Below are positions 1 to 12,867 of a stretch of 64,000 nt of DNA, one piece after another (positions within the stretch are counted from its first letter, which is position 1; each line of letters opens with the position of its first letter). Location of the stretch: positions 37,820,001 to 37,884,000 of the forward strand of contig OZ024746.1 in the NCBI GenBank assembly GCA_964016885.1, read 5' to 3'. Under the pieces are notes generated by a model. The model did no database searches and was not told the origin of the DNA. It saw only the letters and a list, made by a program, of their open reading frames with translations. The translations under genes and the position numbers were made by a program. Origin of the DNA: Eledone cirrhosa. Lineage: Eukaryota.

Positions 1-1210
1 GTATCAAAACAAGAGAATAAATGGAGTATGAACCTTGTGCTGAATTCGTAGCCCTTTCAGAAAAAGGAACGGTGAGTCTTACTTAATCCGTATATGGTAT
101 ATTATATATTACGATATATAGTATATGACGTGTAATTGGACGTTCAATATAATTTTGTGTCTGACTCTAAGTTATACAATAGAAATATGGATTAATTGAC
201 ATGACAATGGTAATAAATAATGAATACTCTTTGATCGTTACATATTTGCATTAATACTTACATATAACGCCCATAGCATTATCAACCATATTGCTATACC
301 ATACTCGTAACATATAGTTTTCTGCAATATGAAATATGTTGTGTTGTTTTCGGTTTCGTAATTTGGAACAGCATTGGTCCAGTCAAAGTAATTCTATGAT
401 TGAAATAATTTAAATACTTTCAGCTTGTCTTTTTAATGATATGTAGGACAATAGATGTCGGTTCTTTACTTCAGACGGCAGTGTGTGTCATGAAAAAATG
501 TGGATATTGCTTCTAGCTTCTTAAAACACAATTTTAAAGCTCCGATGTTTTTGTATGTTATGGCAAGTTATGTTGCAATAATGTTTGCTGTAAATTAATG
601 TGAAGGGTCTTCATTATAAATACAGAACGTGTAAGTTTGTTTGAGTTGGCGTAATGACTATCGTTGCATTAATAAAAAGCGATAATGAATTTATTCCTAA
701 AATGCACATATTGCGCCCGTTATTAAATACATTTAACAGTGTTATCCGAACACCCTTTTTAACGTATGCATGGGTTATGAGACACATATAATACGCCAAC
801 ATCTCTCCATTTCAAATATCGAATGTAGCAATCATCGTCAGCATAGATTGGTAATTAAACTTGAAAATATGCATGAAAACGTTTTGCAGTTAATGTAAAA
901 CTTATAAAATAATTCTGCATTGTTTCATCTATTTAATGAGTCAGTAAATGCAATGTTTTAAGCTGTAGAAATAATATTGGCACGAAATATGTTTTCAGAT
1001 ATTTTCAATCAACATGGCAACCATGCCAACTTGGAAGCTTAGACATAATATGACGACTGTTCAGTTCTGATCTGCAGTCAGATGAAACATTCCCCTTCTT
1101 TTCACTTCGAATTTTATTTCGCCACATTCTTTGCCTGCGAACTGGATGCACCTTCGTTATATCTGGACTGGTAATTGTATATCAAACTTCGCAAAAAGTT
1201 TCCTAATGCC

Positions 1211-1248
<38 letters not shown>

Positions 1249-2153
1249 AAATGTGTGTAATTCTTGGTACAGTTAGGTATATTAAGACAGGGGGGAAGAA
1301 AAAATGGCTTCACTTGTGCTTTCAACAAATTTATTTTCTTCACAAAATCCCAAAAGAATTTTTCTTAAAAAAAATTATTTTATAAATTAAGTTGTTGGTT
1401 GTTGGTTAGGTCTTAGGAGTTCTTGGTTAACGTAGGAGGTATTGTTTCGTTTTTAGAAAGACCTTTCACGCTGAGGTGCGCTTGTCAAACTGATGTGTAT
1501 GTGGTGTGTTGTTCTATATATAGGGATTTAACATGTCTGTGGTGTGGTAGGGGTTTCTTTTCTCCCCCTTTAATAAGTGCATGGGTGTAGGTGTGTTGAA
1601 AACGTGTTCATAGCAGGAATGAGTTGAGACGGTGAGTAGGGTTGGGTGGGGAGAAACTTAGCAAGTGCGGCCTGCCCCGGTCATTCTCGAAAAATTCCTT
1701 TATTCAGGGGAAAAAGCTTTTAGCATCGCTTTTGTGTTGAGAATAGTCACAGGCAAATCGCACCTGTCAAGCTTGTGAATAATTATTTTTTTCTTTTTTT
1801 CCGGAAGAATCTTTCTACGTCCATCCCAAAGTTGGTCCTTTGTTCAACACACACACATATATGTGTGCATATATGTACATACACACACGGGCATATGTAG
1901 GAATATATAGGCACACACCATCAATCACACACCCCTGTACAAATACATACACAAAAACATATAGAGACACATATAAAAACACACATACACATACGTACAC
2001 ACACGAATATGTACACGTACCTCCACATGGGTATATATATATATACACATATATACACACATACATACACATATACATACATACATATACATATATGTAA
2101 GTATATATACATACATATACACATACACACACATATACACACACACACATATA

Positions 2154-2198
<45 letters not shown>

Positions 2199-2201
<3 letters not shown>

Positions 2202-2660
2202 TAAACGGAATAGAAAATGCTGACAAATTGTTCACAGTTGAAAAATGGTTTAATTAGGAATAAAAGAGTATTAGTGATTGTATGGGTTAGTATTCAGTTG
2301 TGGTTTTAAGTTTTTAAGTTTTTACCGGTTGCGCATTTCTAAATGCTTTTCAAAAATAATTTTGAGATAGAGTGTCCGTGTTGTTTGCTCTGATCTGATT
2401 AGTTTTGGGAATTCTACCTGTTTTTATGTTAAAAAAGTGGCTCCAGCGTTATTTTTGTGTTGCAAAAATGCTTGTGGTCAAAACAATTTTGATTGGTCGG
2501 TAGAGGTCATGTGAATGTATAAAGTTGATTTTGCGCGAAGACTGTTTTTATGTTAAAAAAGTGGCTCCAGAAAAAATTCTTGGTCAAAACAATTTTGATT
2601 GGTCGGTAGAGGTCATGTGGATAAAAAATTGGTTTTGCGCCAAGATTGAGAAATGACTCA
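2199..2660 (-). mobile_element. PLE pseudo-LTR-like segment; second copy at ~30625-31097 (+)
   Basis: Reverse-complement match to 30625-31097, internal direct repeats, and an HHR-like motif UUGAAAA-GCAUU-UAGA-AAUGC-GCAA-CCGG-UA (30940-30970). Confidence 0.65.
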
Positions 2661-2830
2661 GGGTTTTCTTTTTTATGTTGTGGGTTTGGTTTTCTCAGTG
2701 TTGTTATAGGGATGTTCTTAGCCTTGGAGATGGCTGCGTCGATGAGTTTCATAAAGAAGAATTCTTCATTGAAAAATTCAAACCACTACTGAAGACGAAA
2801 AAATGAATTAACACTCGGAGGTAAAATTCC
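2660..2830 (-). pseudogene. Short PLE ORF remnant (post-thumb linker)
   Basis: 'LIDAAISKAKNIPITTLRK' resembles 'LINNGIERAKAIGIDELRK' in ORF 8710-9885. Confidence 0.5.
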
Positions 2831-2859
2831 ATTTCACTACCCCCCCCCCTCTTCTTATG

Positions 2860-4460
<1,601 letters not shown>

Positions 4461-4975
4461 TCGTGTGTGTACGTATGTGTATGTGTGTTTTTATATGTGT
4501 CTCTATATGTTTTTGTGTATGTATTTGTACAGGGGTGTGTGATTGATGGTGTGTGCCTATATATTCCTACATATGCCCGTGTGTGTATGTACATATATGC
4601 ACACATATATGTGTGTGTGTTGAACAAAGGACTAACTTTGGGATGGACGTAGAAAGATTCTTCCGGAAAAAAAGAAAAAAATAATTATTCACAAGCTTGA
4701 CAGGTGCGATTTGCCTGTGACTATTCTCAACACAAAAGCGATGCTAAAAGCTTTTTCCCCTAAATAAAGGAATTTTTCGAGAATGACCGGGGCAGGCCGC
4801 ACTTGCTAGGTTTCTCCCCACTCAACCCTACTCACCGTCCCAACTCATTACTGCTATGAACACTTTTTCAACACACCTACACCCATGCACTTATTAAAGG
4901 GGGAGAAAAGAAATCCCTACCACACCACAGACATGTTAAATCCCTATATATAGAACAACACACCACATACACATC

Positions 4976-5012
4976 AGTTTGACAAGCGCACCTCAGCGTG
5001 AAAGGTCTTTCT
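4976..5012 (+). ncRNA. Candidate minimal hammerhead with U3-A8 core; mirror copy near 1455-1492 (-)
   Basis: UUGACAA-GCGC-acctca-GCGU-GAAA-GGUC-UU; stem I weak. Confidence 0.45.
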
Positions 5013-5181
5013 AAAAACGAAACAATACCTCCTACGTTAACCAAGAACTCCTAAGACCTAACCAACAACCAACAACTTAATTTATAAAATAATTTTTTTT
5101 AAGAAAAATTCTTTTGGGATTTTGTGAAGAAAATAAATTTGTTGAAAGCACAAGTGAAGACATTTTTTCTTCCCCCCTGTC

Positions 5182-5214
<33 letters not shown>

Positions 5215-5218
<4 letters not shown>

Positions 5219-7451
5219 ATAATAATAAATTTGAAGACTAAAATCCAAAGAGGACTCGATAAGGATAAATATATATCAAATATATAAGAACCGTAGAGCA
5301 AATATTTATTGAAATAACAGATCAAAGTTTAAGCAAAGAATCGCTGCTTTCACCCATAACGGGATCTTCTGAAACTAACAAAGTCAATCTGTAAACGCAG
5401 AAGTGGATATTTCAAAATACGTTGCAACCGGATGAAGTCAGGAAGACGATACTTTGGTTCGTGGAAACGTTCCCTGTCAAAGAACGGGAAAAAACAAATA
5501 ATACGTCATTAATAGGAGCGGAGAAAAACAATTACGCGCAAAGACAGAACCACGTTCATGGTATAAAAGAGGTCGTAGACTAATGTTCTCTCAGGTGGTG
5601 CATAGAGACGTTCTCTGGCAATGAACGAAAAAAACGAAGATAATACGTCATATGTGGAGCATGGAGAACAATAGCACGCAAAGACAAAACCACGTAAATG
5701 GTATAGCAGAAGTCGTAGACTAAATTCTAACTAGGAGACCGAATAAATCTCCGCTACAGAGTTAAGAACAAAGTAAATAAATACAACACAAAAGTAATAG
5801 AAATAAATATATACATACACGCAAACAAATACGTACATACACAAGCATACACAAAAACTTACCATAGGTGAACAAAACCACGCACATATAAATATGTGTG
5901 TGTGTGTATGCGTGTATACAAATAAATATGTAATTATAAAACGTATATAAATAAATGAATACGTATATAACAAGCGCACACACATACCTACATGTAAATA
6001 CACGAATGTTCGGAGACGTATGTCAACCAAACATGAAGTACACATGTACACACGCCCTACATACGTACGAACCTGCATACTCACACAGACGCAAAACTCC
6101 CGTATACACATAGCCGAACCATATGTACCAGAATATATAAAAAGATTATACGCCATTACAATCAAATATACGTACGAGAAGGTATACGTACCTTCACAAA
6201 ACATACGGGTAATATATACTTACCTATGCAAATAAGTAAAGGTATAAACAAAACATATACTTAGCTCCCACATCAATACGTAAAATATCCACGTATAGAT
6301 CGTACTATCCGTTAGGGTATAACGTGGGGTTGTAATACAGGAAAGTTTTGTGCAATTTATGTTTACAAGTCGAAATTGCCTCAGATTATTTGTTTAAGAT
6401 GTGGTCTGTGGCGTAGACTATTTCCAGGGCCTCAGCGGCGCAGAGGTCACATGGTATTTTATTTCCGTTATGCGATCTAGCTAAGGCTAGGACCTCCCAG
6501 TGTAAACTATATTGGGTGGGGTTGTCTTTTAGACTGCAGATATAAGCTGAAATTGACGTCATATTCCTTCTTAGAGGGTAACGAAAAGAATGGGTATGCG
6601 TGTAAAGACGCTGCTTGAATCTATTGGCGGTTAACCCTATGTAGGCCCTACGGGACGTGGGTGTTACAACCTTACATTTGTAGACAATGTTACTAGAGAG
6701 GCATTTTCCGGATAGGGGTCAATCAACCCGATTCCTACAATTACAGTTAGTACTAACTATAGGGTTGTACGTGTTCCTACGGCTTGGTAGTTTAGCTAAA
6801 TTTGAAGCTGTGATCTTATGTGCAAGGTTAGGAGTCGTAGAGTAAGAAATGTTAATAGTATTTCTATTAAAAATTTTACTATATTTATGTGTAGGGGGAA
6901 AATGCTTCATAATAAGGGAAAGAAAGATCTTAGCTAATGGTGTGGCCACCTCCATATTGTATGGTGGGTTATACCAACAAATGCGACGGGATCTATTTCT
7001 TCTAGGTCTATTTTAGTACTCTGTATATGCTACCTTATCGACAAATCCACTTCGAGCAAGAGCTTCATTGTAGTAAGTGGAATGGTCGTTGAAAATACGC
7101 TCGTTGGTGGAAAGACGGGAAAGCCTCAACGAAACGTTTCTTACCAGGTTCTTGGTTATGCTGGCAGGATGGTTGGAATGCTTACTTATGTAATTAAGCG
7201 TATCATTCGGCTTTTCTATACGGGTAACACAACCCATTCAATAAGTTGAGGGTAACGTCGAGGTAATTAACGACCGTTCTTTGCCAGCGAACGTTTCCAC
7301 GAACAAAAGTATCGTATTCCTGTCTTCCTCCGGTTGCAACGTTTTTTGAAATATCCAGTTCTGCGTTTACAGATTGACTTTGTTAGTTTCAGAAGATCCC
7401 GTTAAGGGTAAAAGCACCGATTCTTTGCTTAAACTTTAATCTGTTATTTTA

Positions 7452-7457
<6 letters not shown>
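5215..7457 (-). mobile_element. 5'-truncated PLE (CxCx5C linker, Hydra-clade-like) with 3' pLTR at 5215-5760 and inverted pLTR piece at 7279-7457
   Basis: Remnant peptides 'KPNDTLNYISKHSNHP', 'YYNEALARSGF', 'KIFNRNTINISYSTTPNL', 'NCNCRNR'; 7279-7455 is the reverse complement of ~5303-5481; flanked by (TA)n. Confidence 0.85.
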
Positions 7458-7517
<60 letters not shown>

Positions 7518-7650
7518 GTGAGGTTTTTTTTACAAAATGAAAAATAACCGAGGTGTCCTACACGAGTGAAAGTATAAAGAAAAAGAGATGAAATCGAAAA
7601 TGCAACTGCAGTCTTATTTTTTTTTTAAATATATATTTTTTTATTTGGTT

Positions 7651-7688
7651 CCTTTACCGGTTTCGCAGTTCTTCTGCTTTTCAAAAGG
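7651..7688 (-). ncRNA. Minimal type-I hammerhead with U3-A8 core in pLTR; copies at 12307-12344(-), 12486-12523(+), 34311-34347(-)
   Basis: CCUU-UUGAAAA-GCAG-AAGAA-CUGC-GAAA-CCGG-UA-AAGG: stems I and II pair, stem III is the palindrome ACCGGU. Confidence 0.75.
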
Positions 7689-8709
7689 TGAGCTGAGATG
7701 GAGGGTCTGTGGTCTTTCTCACATCTGGTTGGTCTCTGAATGTTACTTGTTTTATATGGAAAAAGTGGCTCGAAATGCCAGGTTTTTCGAGAAGTAATTT
7801 GATTGGTTTGTCAATAATTATAATAAATTTCGCGCCAGTTCGCGTTACAATAGTTCTTCAAATAAGAGAGGGGGTGGGGGGGTTGTCACAGGTTGTTTTT
7901 TCATATATGAGTGTTTGAATTTCTTTTTACTTGAAAAAAGGAGGCTCACGAAGGCTTTTTTTTGGTTGGTTATAAATGAAATATGGCTGTCACGTGAACA
8001 AGTTTTTATTACATTTTTGCGCCCTTATTTGGAAAACTATTCTGTAGTCTTTATAGTGAATGTTATGACAATGGAGAGATAGTGGTCAAGAGAAAAGGGA
8101 TTGGGAGAAATGTTCTGGTTCAGTGAATATGGCCAGCTCGCCGGGGTGTCAGAGTTCAGATTTTCTATTGAGACTGAAGATATGTATGTTTATTTGTGTG
8201 CTTGTGTGTGTGTATATATGTGTGTGTGTGTGTGTGTGTGTATGTGTGTATTGGAAGATGATTCTATTAGTAGAGATGGGGGAGGGAGTTGTGTGTGTGT
8301 GTATATATGGGTGTTATGTGTGTGTGTGCGAGTATGTTAAGATGGAGAGAATATATATTTTGTGTGTGTGTATATATGTATGTGTGTAGGAAAGTGGTTC
8401 TATTAGTAGAAATGGGAAGGGAGTTGTAGGTGTGGGGGTTGTTATGTGTGTGTATGGGTGTTATGTGAGTGGGAGTATGGTTAGCATGTTAAGATGAAGA
8501 GAATATATATATATTGTGTGTGTGTGTAGGAAAGTGATTCCTTTAGTAGGAATATTTTTGAATGAACATATTTTCCTTATTCGTGTTTGCTGTTGTATTG
8601 TCAGCGCAAACGTATGTTAAGGTTTATTTAGTTCGGGTTTTTATTTTCTAAAGTAGAAGGTGTTATGTGTGTGTGTGTATGTCATATTGTGGTGTTGACA
8701 TAATGTATA

Positions 8710-9885
8710 TTAAACCTTATTTAATGTTGGTCTATATTTTTGAATAAACATATTTTCCTTATTTATTCGCATTTGTTCTGTTGTATTGTTAGCGCAAAGG
8801 TAAAATGGGAAGACTTGGAATTTGGGTGTCTTATTACTTGCGCAAATGTCTAGATGTGCACTTAGTGGTATCTGTCTCGTGGTTGGATCTCGTAATTGTT
8901 GGCGATGAACTCTCATTCTGTTTCTGAGTGTGAGTTTAGTTTGTCCTATATAATCTTCATTGCATCCTTTACATTTAATGGCATAAAGTAGATTTTTTGA
9001 TGAGCAAGTGAAGTGATATTTTACAGTAAAATGTTGTCCTGATTTAAATGTATACGTGTTGCCTTCAATGAGGTGAGTGCAGGTTCCACAATTAGAGCGA
9101 CCACATTTTTTGATACTTGGTTGTGGGTTTGTGGTAGGTAATTTGGCATTGGTTTTCAGTGATTTTGGTTGTCTTTTGCTTTTGATTATTTTGTGTGTTT
9201 CAAGGGCTTTTTTCATTCTTGGGTTTTGTTTTAGTAGTGGGATGTTATTGTGAAAATTGTTGTAAGCTTCCGCATTTCTTGGGTTGTGTGTTGAGATATA
9301 TGATAGAATATTGGACATACCTTGAATTTGTTTCTGTTTCCGTAATTCATCAATGCCTATTGCTTTAGCCCTTTCTATTCCATTATTTATTAGTAATAGT
9401 GGGTACTCTCTCTCAAGTAGAATTTCTTTTAATTCTTGAAGTCTTTTATTTCGCGTTTCATAATTGGAGACAATTGTGCAAATTCTTCTTGCTAGGTTAA
9501 AAGGAATGTTCGTCTCCGTGTGCTTTGGATGGTTGGAGGTGAATAGCAGATATTGTTTGGAATCTGTTGGTTTGTAGTGTATGTCAGTTTCGATATTTGT
9601 GTCTTTTTTTGTGATTAAGATGTCCAGAAATTGGAGTTGATCTTGGTTGTATTCCATTGTGAATTGGATGTGGTTATTGATGCCGTTTATTAAGTTTTTG
9701 GAATCCTTCAGTTGGTCGAGTGTGTGGGACCAAAGAATGAGGCAATCATCCAAGTAGCGTTTCCAATTCTCTGATAAATATTTGTGAAAGTTCAATCCGT
9801 ATTTTGATTTGGACTGTTCATATATCTGGACTTCTAAGTATGCCATGACTAAGTTGGCATAAGTTGGAGCGGCTTTTGTGCCCAT
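8710..9885 (-). CDS. PLE RT C-terminal half, thumb and GIY-YIG endonuclease
   Basis: MGTKAAPTYANL, WKRYLDDC, FLDILI, YKPTDSKQYL, Cys linker CGRSNCGTC, LLYAIKC..YIGQT..LRNRMRVHR. Confidence 0.9.
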   Translation of the reverse strand: MGTKAAPTYANLVMAYLEVQIYEQSKSKYGLNFHKYLSENWKRYLDDCLILWSHTLDQLKDSKNLINGINNHIQFTMEYNQDQLQFLDILITKKDTNIETDIHYKPTDSKQYLLFTSNHPKHTETNIPFNLARRICTIVSNYETRNKRLQELKEILLEREYPLLLINNGIERAKAIGIDELRKQKQIQGMSNILSYISTHNPRNAEAYNNFHNNIPLLKQNPRMKKALETHKIIKSKRQPKSLKTNAKLPTTNPQPSIKKCGRSNCGTCTHLIEGNTYTFKSGQHFTVKYHFTCSSKNLLYAIKCKGCNEDYIGQTKLTLRNRMRVHRQQLRDPTTRQIPLSAHLDICASNKTPKFQVFPFYLCANNTTEQMRINKENMFIQKYRPTLNKV

Positions 9886-9953
9886 CGCAGTCCTCGATAT
9901 TTGCTTGTAAGTATTGCCATCGAAATCAAAAAAGTTGTTCTGTAGGATGAATT

Positions 9954-11027
9954 TTAATCCCTCGGTGATGAAGTTTTTTCTATTCTGTCAGGTATCTCAT
10001 TGGGATATTTCTCTAGCCAGAATCCTATTGCTTCTAGTCCGTATTGGTGTGGGATCGTTGTGTAGAGATTCACTATATCGAAAGACACAATAATAGTGTC
10101 GTTGTTGACATGTTTGGGGAGGTGGTTTAAGAGGTCCAGATCGTCTCTTACAAGGCTTGGTATGTGTTTCAGTATTGGTTTCAGTAGTATGTCTATAAAG
10201 TTGCTCAGTCTGTGTGTTTCACATTGTGGGCCCGCTACAATTGTTCTTAATTTAAGGTCTGTGGGGTATTGTGTGTTCACGCAGGCTGAGGTGGATTGTT
10301 TAAAGGCATCGTTCATTATTTTACATTTGTGGATCTTCGGAAGTCCGTAAATGTTGCTGGTTTTGTATTCAAAATTTGTTAAATAATCGCGTTCCTTTTT
10401 AGTTAGGTCTTCCTGGTATCGATAAATCAGTGTGTTTAATTTGGTCATTCTTTTTGATTGCTGGTAGTTTTTTACTCTTTCATAGTAATTAGTATTTTGT
10501 AAGAGAGAGAACATAGAAATTTTATATTTTTCAGCCTCCATAATGACAACAGTACTTCCCTTGTCCGCTTCCTTAATTACAATGTCCGTATTGTTTATTA
10601 GTTCATGGATAATCTCCCATTCCCTTCGACTTGTGTTGGGTTTGGGTTTAGGTTGCGGTAGTTCATGGTATGGGAAGGTAGCTATGTGGTCACAAAAATT
10701 GTCCAGAACTCTGTTTCCACCTTTTGTTGGGTTGTAGCTGGTTTTATTCCGTACAATTGATTCGTCGTTATTCTCCTTGTCAAAGAATTCCTCTGTGAGA
10801 CGAAATTTTCTACAGAAGTGTGAGATATCGTCATTTATCTCGTTGGGGTTAGGGTATTGTGGTGTTGGTGTGAATTTCAGACCTTTGGAGAGAACTTTTA
10901 CTTGTTGTGCTGAGAGGTTTGTATTTGAAATGTTAATTATTTTCGGTTTTTCAAAATCGGTTTGTGCCACCGGGTGTCGTGAGTCCTGTAGCCTTGGTCT
11001 AAAAAATGATTTTTCTGGAATGTTTTT
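9954..11027 (-). CDS. PLE RT N-terminal half; continues into 8710-9885 across a 1-nt frameshift in an A-run at ~9974-9979
   Basis: LSKGLKFTPTP, IVIKEADKGSTVVIM, IYGLPKIHK, LRTIVAG, VSFDIVNLYTTI. One extra A restores ..EKNFITEGLKFILQNNFFDFDGNTYKQISRTAMG. Confidence 0.85.
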   Translation of the reverse strand, partial: KNIPEKSFFRPRLQDSRHPVAQTDFEKPKIINISNTNLSAQQVKVLSKGLKFTPTPQYPNPNEINDDISHFCRKFRLTEEFFDKENNDESIVRNKTSYNPTKGGNRVLDNFCDHIATFPYHELPQPKPKPNTSRREWEIIHELINNTDIVIKEADKGSTVVIMEAEKYKISMFSLLQNTNYYERVKNYQQSKRMTKLNTLIYRYQEDLTKKERDYLTNFEYKTSNIYGLPKIHKCKIMNDAFKQSTSACVNTQYPTDLKLRTIVAGPQCETHRLSNFIDILLKPILKHIPSLVRDDLDLLNHLPKHVNNDTIIVSFDIVNLYTTIPHQYGLEAIGFWLEKYPNEIPDRIEKTSSPRD

Positions 11028-12139
11028 TCATTGGTATTATTATATCTAATGGTATTTCCCCTGTTGTTGTGTGGTCTTGTATAGAAGTTTCGGACGTATT
11101 GAGGTTGGGTTTGTTGATAGTCCGGGTTGTAGATTTCGTTCCTTTGTGTGGGTTGGGATCTACGGTTTTGGAACAGGCTCTGTGTGGGCAGGGGTCTACG
11201 GTTTGGGAATAGGTTTTGTGTGGGTTTTGATCTGCAGATCAGGTCCTGCCTTGTGTTCGGGGATCTTTGGTTTTTGTTAGTAGGGTTATAGTTTTGTCTA
11301 TGGTTTCTGGGATTATCGTTATAGTTTTGCTGGCGGTATGTTGGACGTTTTGTTACTTTTTTTGTTATTTGTTGTGCATGTGGTGTGTGAGTTTTAGTTT
11401 GTTTTAAAAATGGGTTACCTGTATGTTGTTCATTTTTGAAGTCCATTTCGTATTTGTTGATCCAGGTGGCGTTTTTTTCCCATCGTTGGAGGGATGTTAG
11501 TTCTTCATCCCCACAGTTTTCTTTCCAAAGTTTTAGGGTTTTTTTGTAGAGTAGGCCTTCAGAGTGCTTTGAGATTTATGTGTCCATCTGTTGGTCGAGT
11601 GACTTGAATTTTTCTTCGTTGGAGTTGGCTCTTAATCGCAACAGTTCTATTTCTGTTTTAAATTTTTCCAATGCCATCTTTTCCCTAAGTCTTTGTTGGT
11701 TTTCTGGTTCATTCGGGATGGGTTTTATTTGGAGATTTTTGGGGAGGATGATTGGGGTAGAGTTTAGCCACTTTTTATATATGTCTGCCTTGCCATTATT
11801 TTTTAGGAGATTCCAAAGGGCGAATTTGCGGGCTGTGAGCTTTGGAGTCCATATGTTGATTAGGGTGTTTTTCACTGAGTGGACATCTCGTAGATTGGGT
11901 TCAAACGGTTGTTCAAGCTTTTGGAGCATTGCTGTTTCAATGGTTTCGATTAGCTTAGTTAATACTGGAGTAATATTCGTCTCTTGGGTATTTTCTGTTT
12001 CTTCGTGGGGTCCTTTTTTATAGATGTGTATTTGGTCCACTTTGTTGGTCAAAATTGAGAGTTTAGAGGAAATCTCTTTGAGTTCATTTAAGATGTCCTG
12101 GTTCAGTGAGTTGTTGTTTTGTTGAGACTTTGGTGGCAT
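10937..12139 (-). CDS. Upstream ORF1-like region of the PLE (~400 codons, one in-frame TAA at 11576-11578), helical then basic N/R/Q-rich
   Basis: ORFs 11576-12139 and 10937-11446 are in the same frame and are joined by an open stretch ISKHSEGLLYKKTLKLWKENCGDEELTSLQRWEKNATWINKYE. Confidence 0.65.
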
Positions 12140-12595
12140 TTTCGGTCTTCGTGTGGTGGGTATATATTAGAAAGTGAGGTTTTTTTTACAAAATGAAAAA
12201 TAACCGAGGTGTCCTACACGAGTGAAAGTATAAGGAAAAAGAGATGAAATCGAAATTGCAACTGAAGTCTTATTTTTTTTTTAAATATATATATTTTTAT
12301 TTGTTTCCTTTACCGGTTTCGCAGTTCTTCTGCTTTTCAAAAGGTGAGTTGAGATGGAGGGTCTGTGGTTTTCAAATTACTTCTCGAAAAACCTGGAATT
12401 TCGAGCCACTTTTTCCATATAAAACAAGTAACATTCAGAGACCAACCAGATGTGAGAAAAACCACAGACCGTCCATCTCAACTCACCTTTTGAAAAGCAG
12501 AAGAACTGCGAAATCGGTAAAGGAACCAAATAAAAATATATATATTTTTTAAAAAAATAAGACTTCAGTTGCATTTTCGATTTCATCTCTTTTTT

Positions 12596-12660
<65 letters not shown>

Positions 12661-12729
12661 TACATATATATATATATATATATAAATATAAATATATATA
12701 AATATATAAATATATATAAATATATAAAT

Positions 12730-12796
<67 letters not shown>

Positions 12797-12827
12797 TATA
12801 TATATATATAAATATATATATATATAA

Positions 12828-12862
<35 letters not shown>

Positions 12863-12867
<5 letters not shown>

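Larger units (their letters stand above)
7509..12600 (-). mobile_element. Near full-length Penelope-like element (Neptune-like) with direct pLTRs (7509-7717, 12166-12373) and an inverted 5' arm (12374-12600)
   Basis: RT and GIY-YIG ORFs; pLTR 'ttagaaagtgaggttttttttacaaaatg' present twice; 12374-12600 is the reverse complement of ~7574-7801; (TA)n on both sides. Confidence 0.93.

Noticed and set aside
1-1217. Unique AT-rich segment, possible exon or DNA transposon
   Set aside because: No motif, TIR or convincing ORF recognised
9970-9982. Second programmed frameshift within the RT
   Set aside because: The A-run is not in X_XXY_YYZ phase; best explained as a homopolymer indel or sequencing error
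11576-11578. Selenocysteine or readthrough codon in the PLE ORF
   Set aside because: The stop is TAA, not TGA, and I saw no SECIS; probably a nonsense mutation
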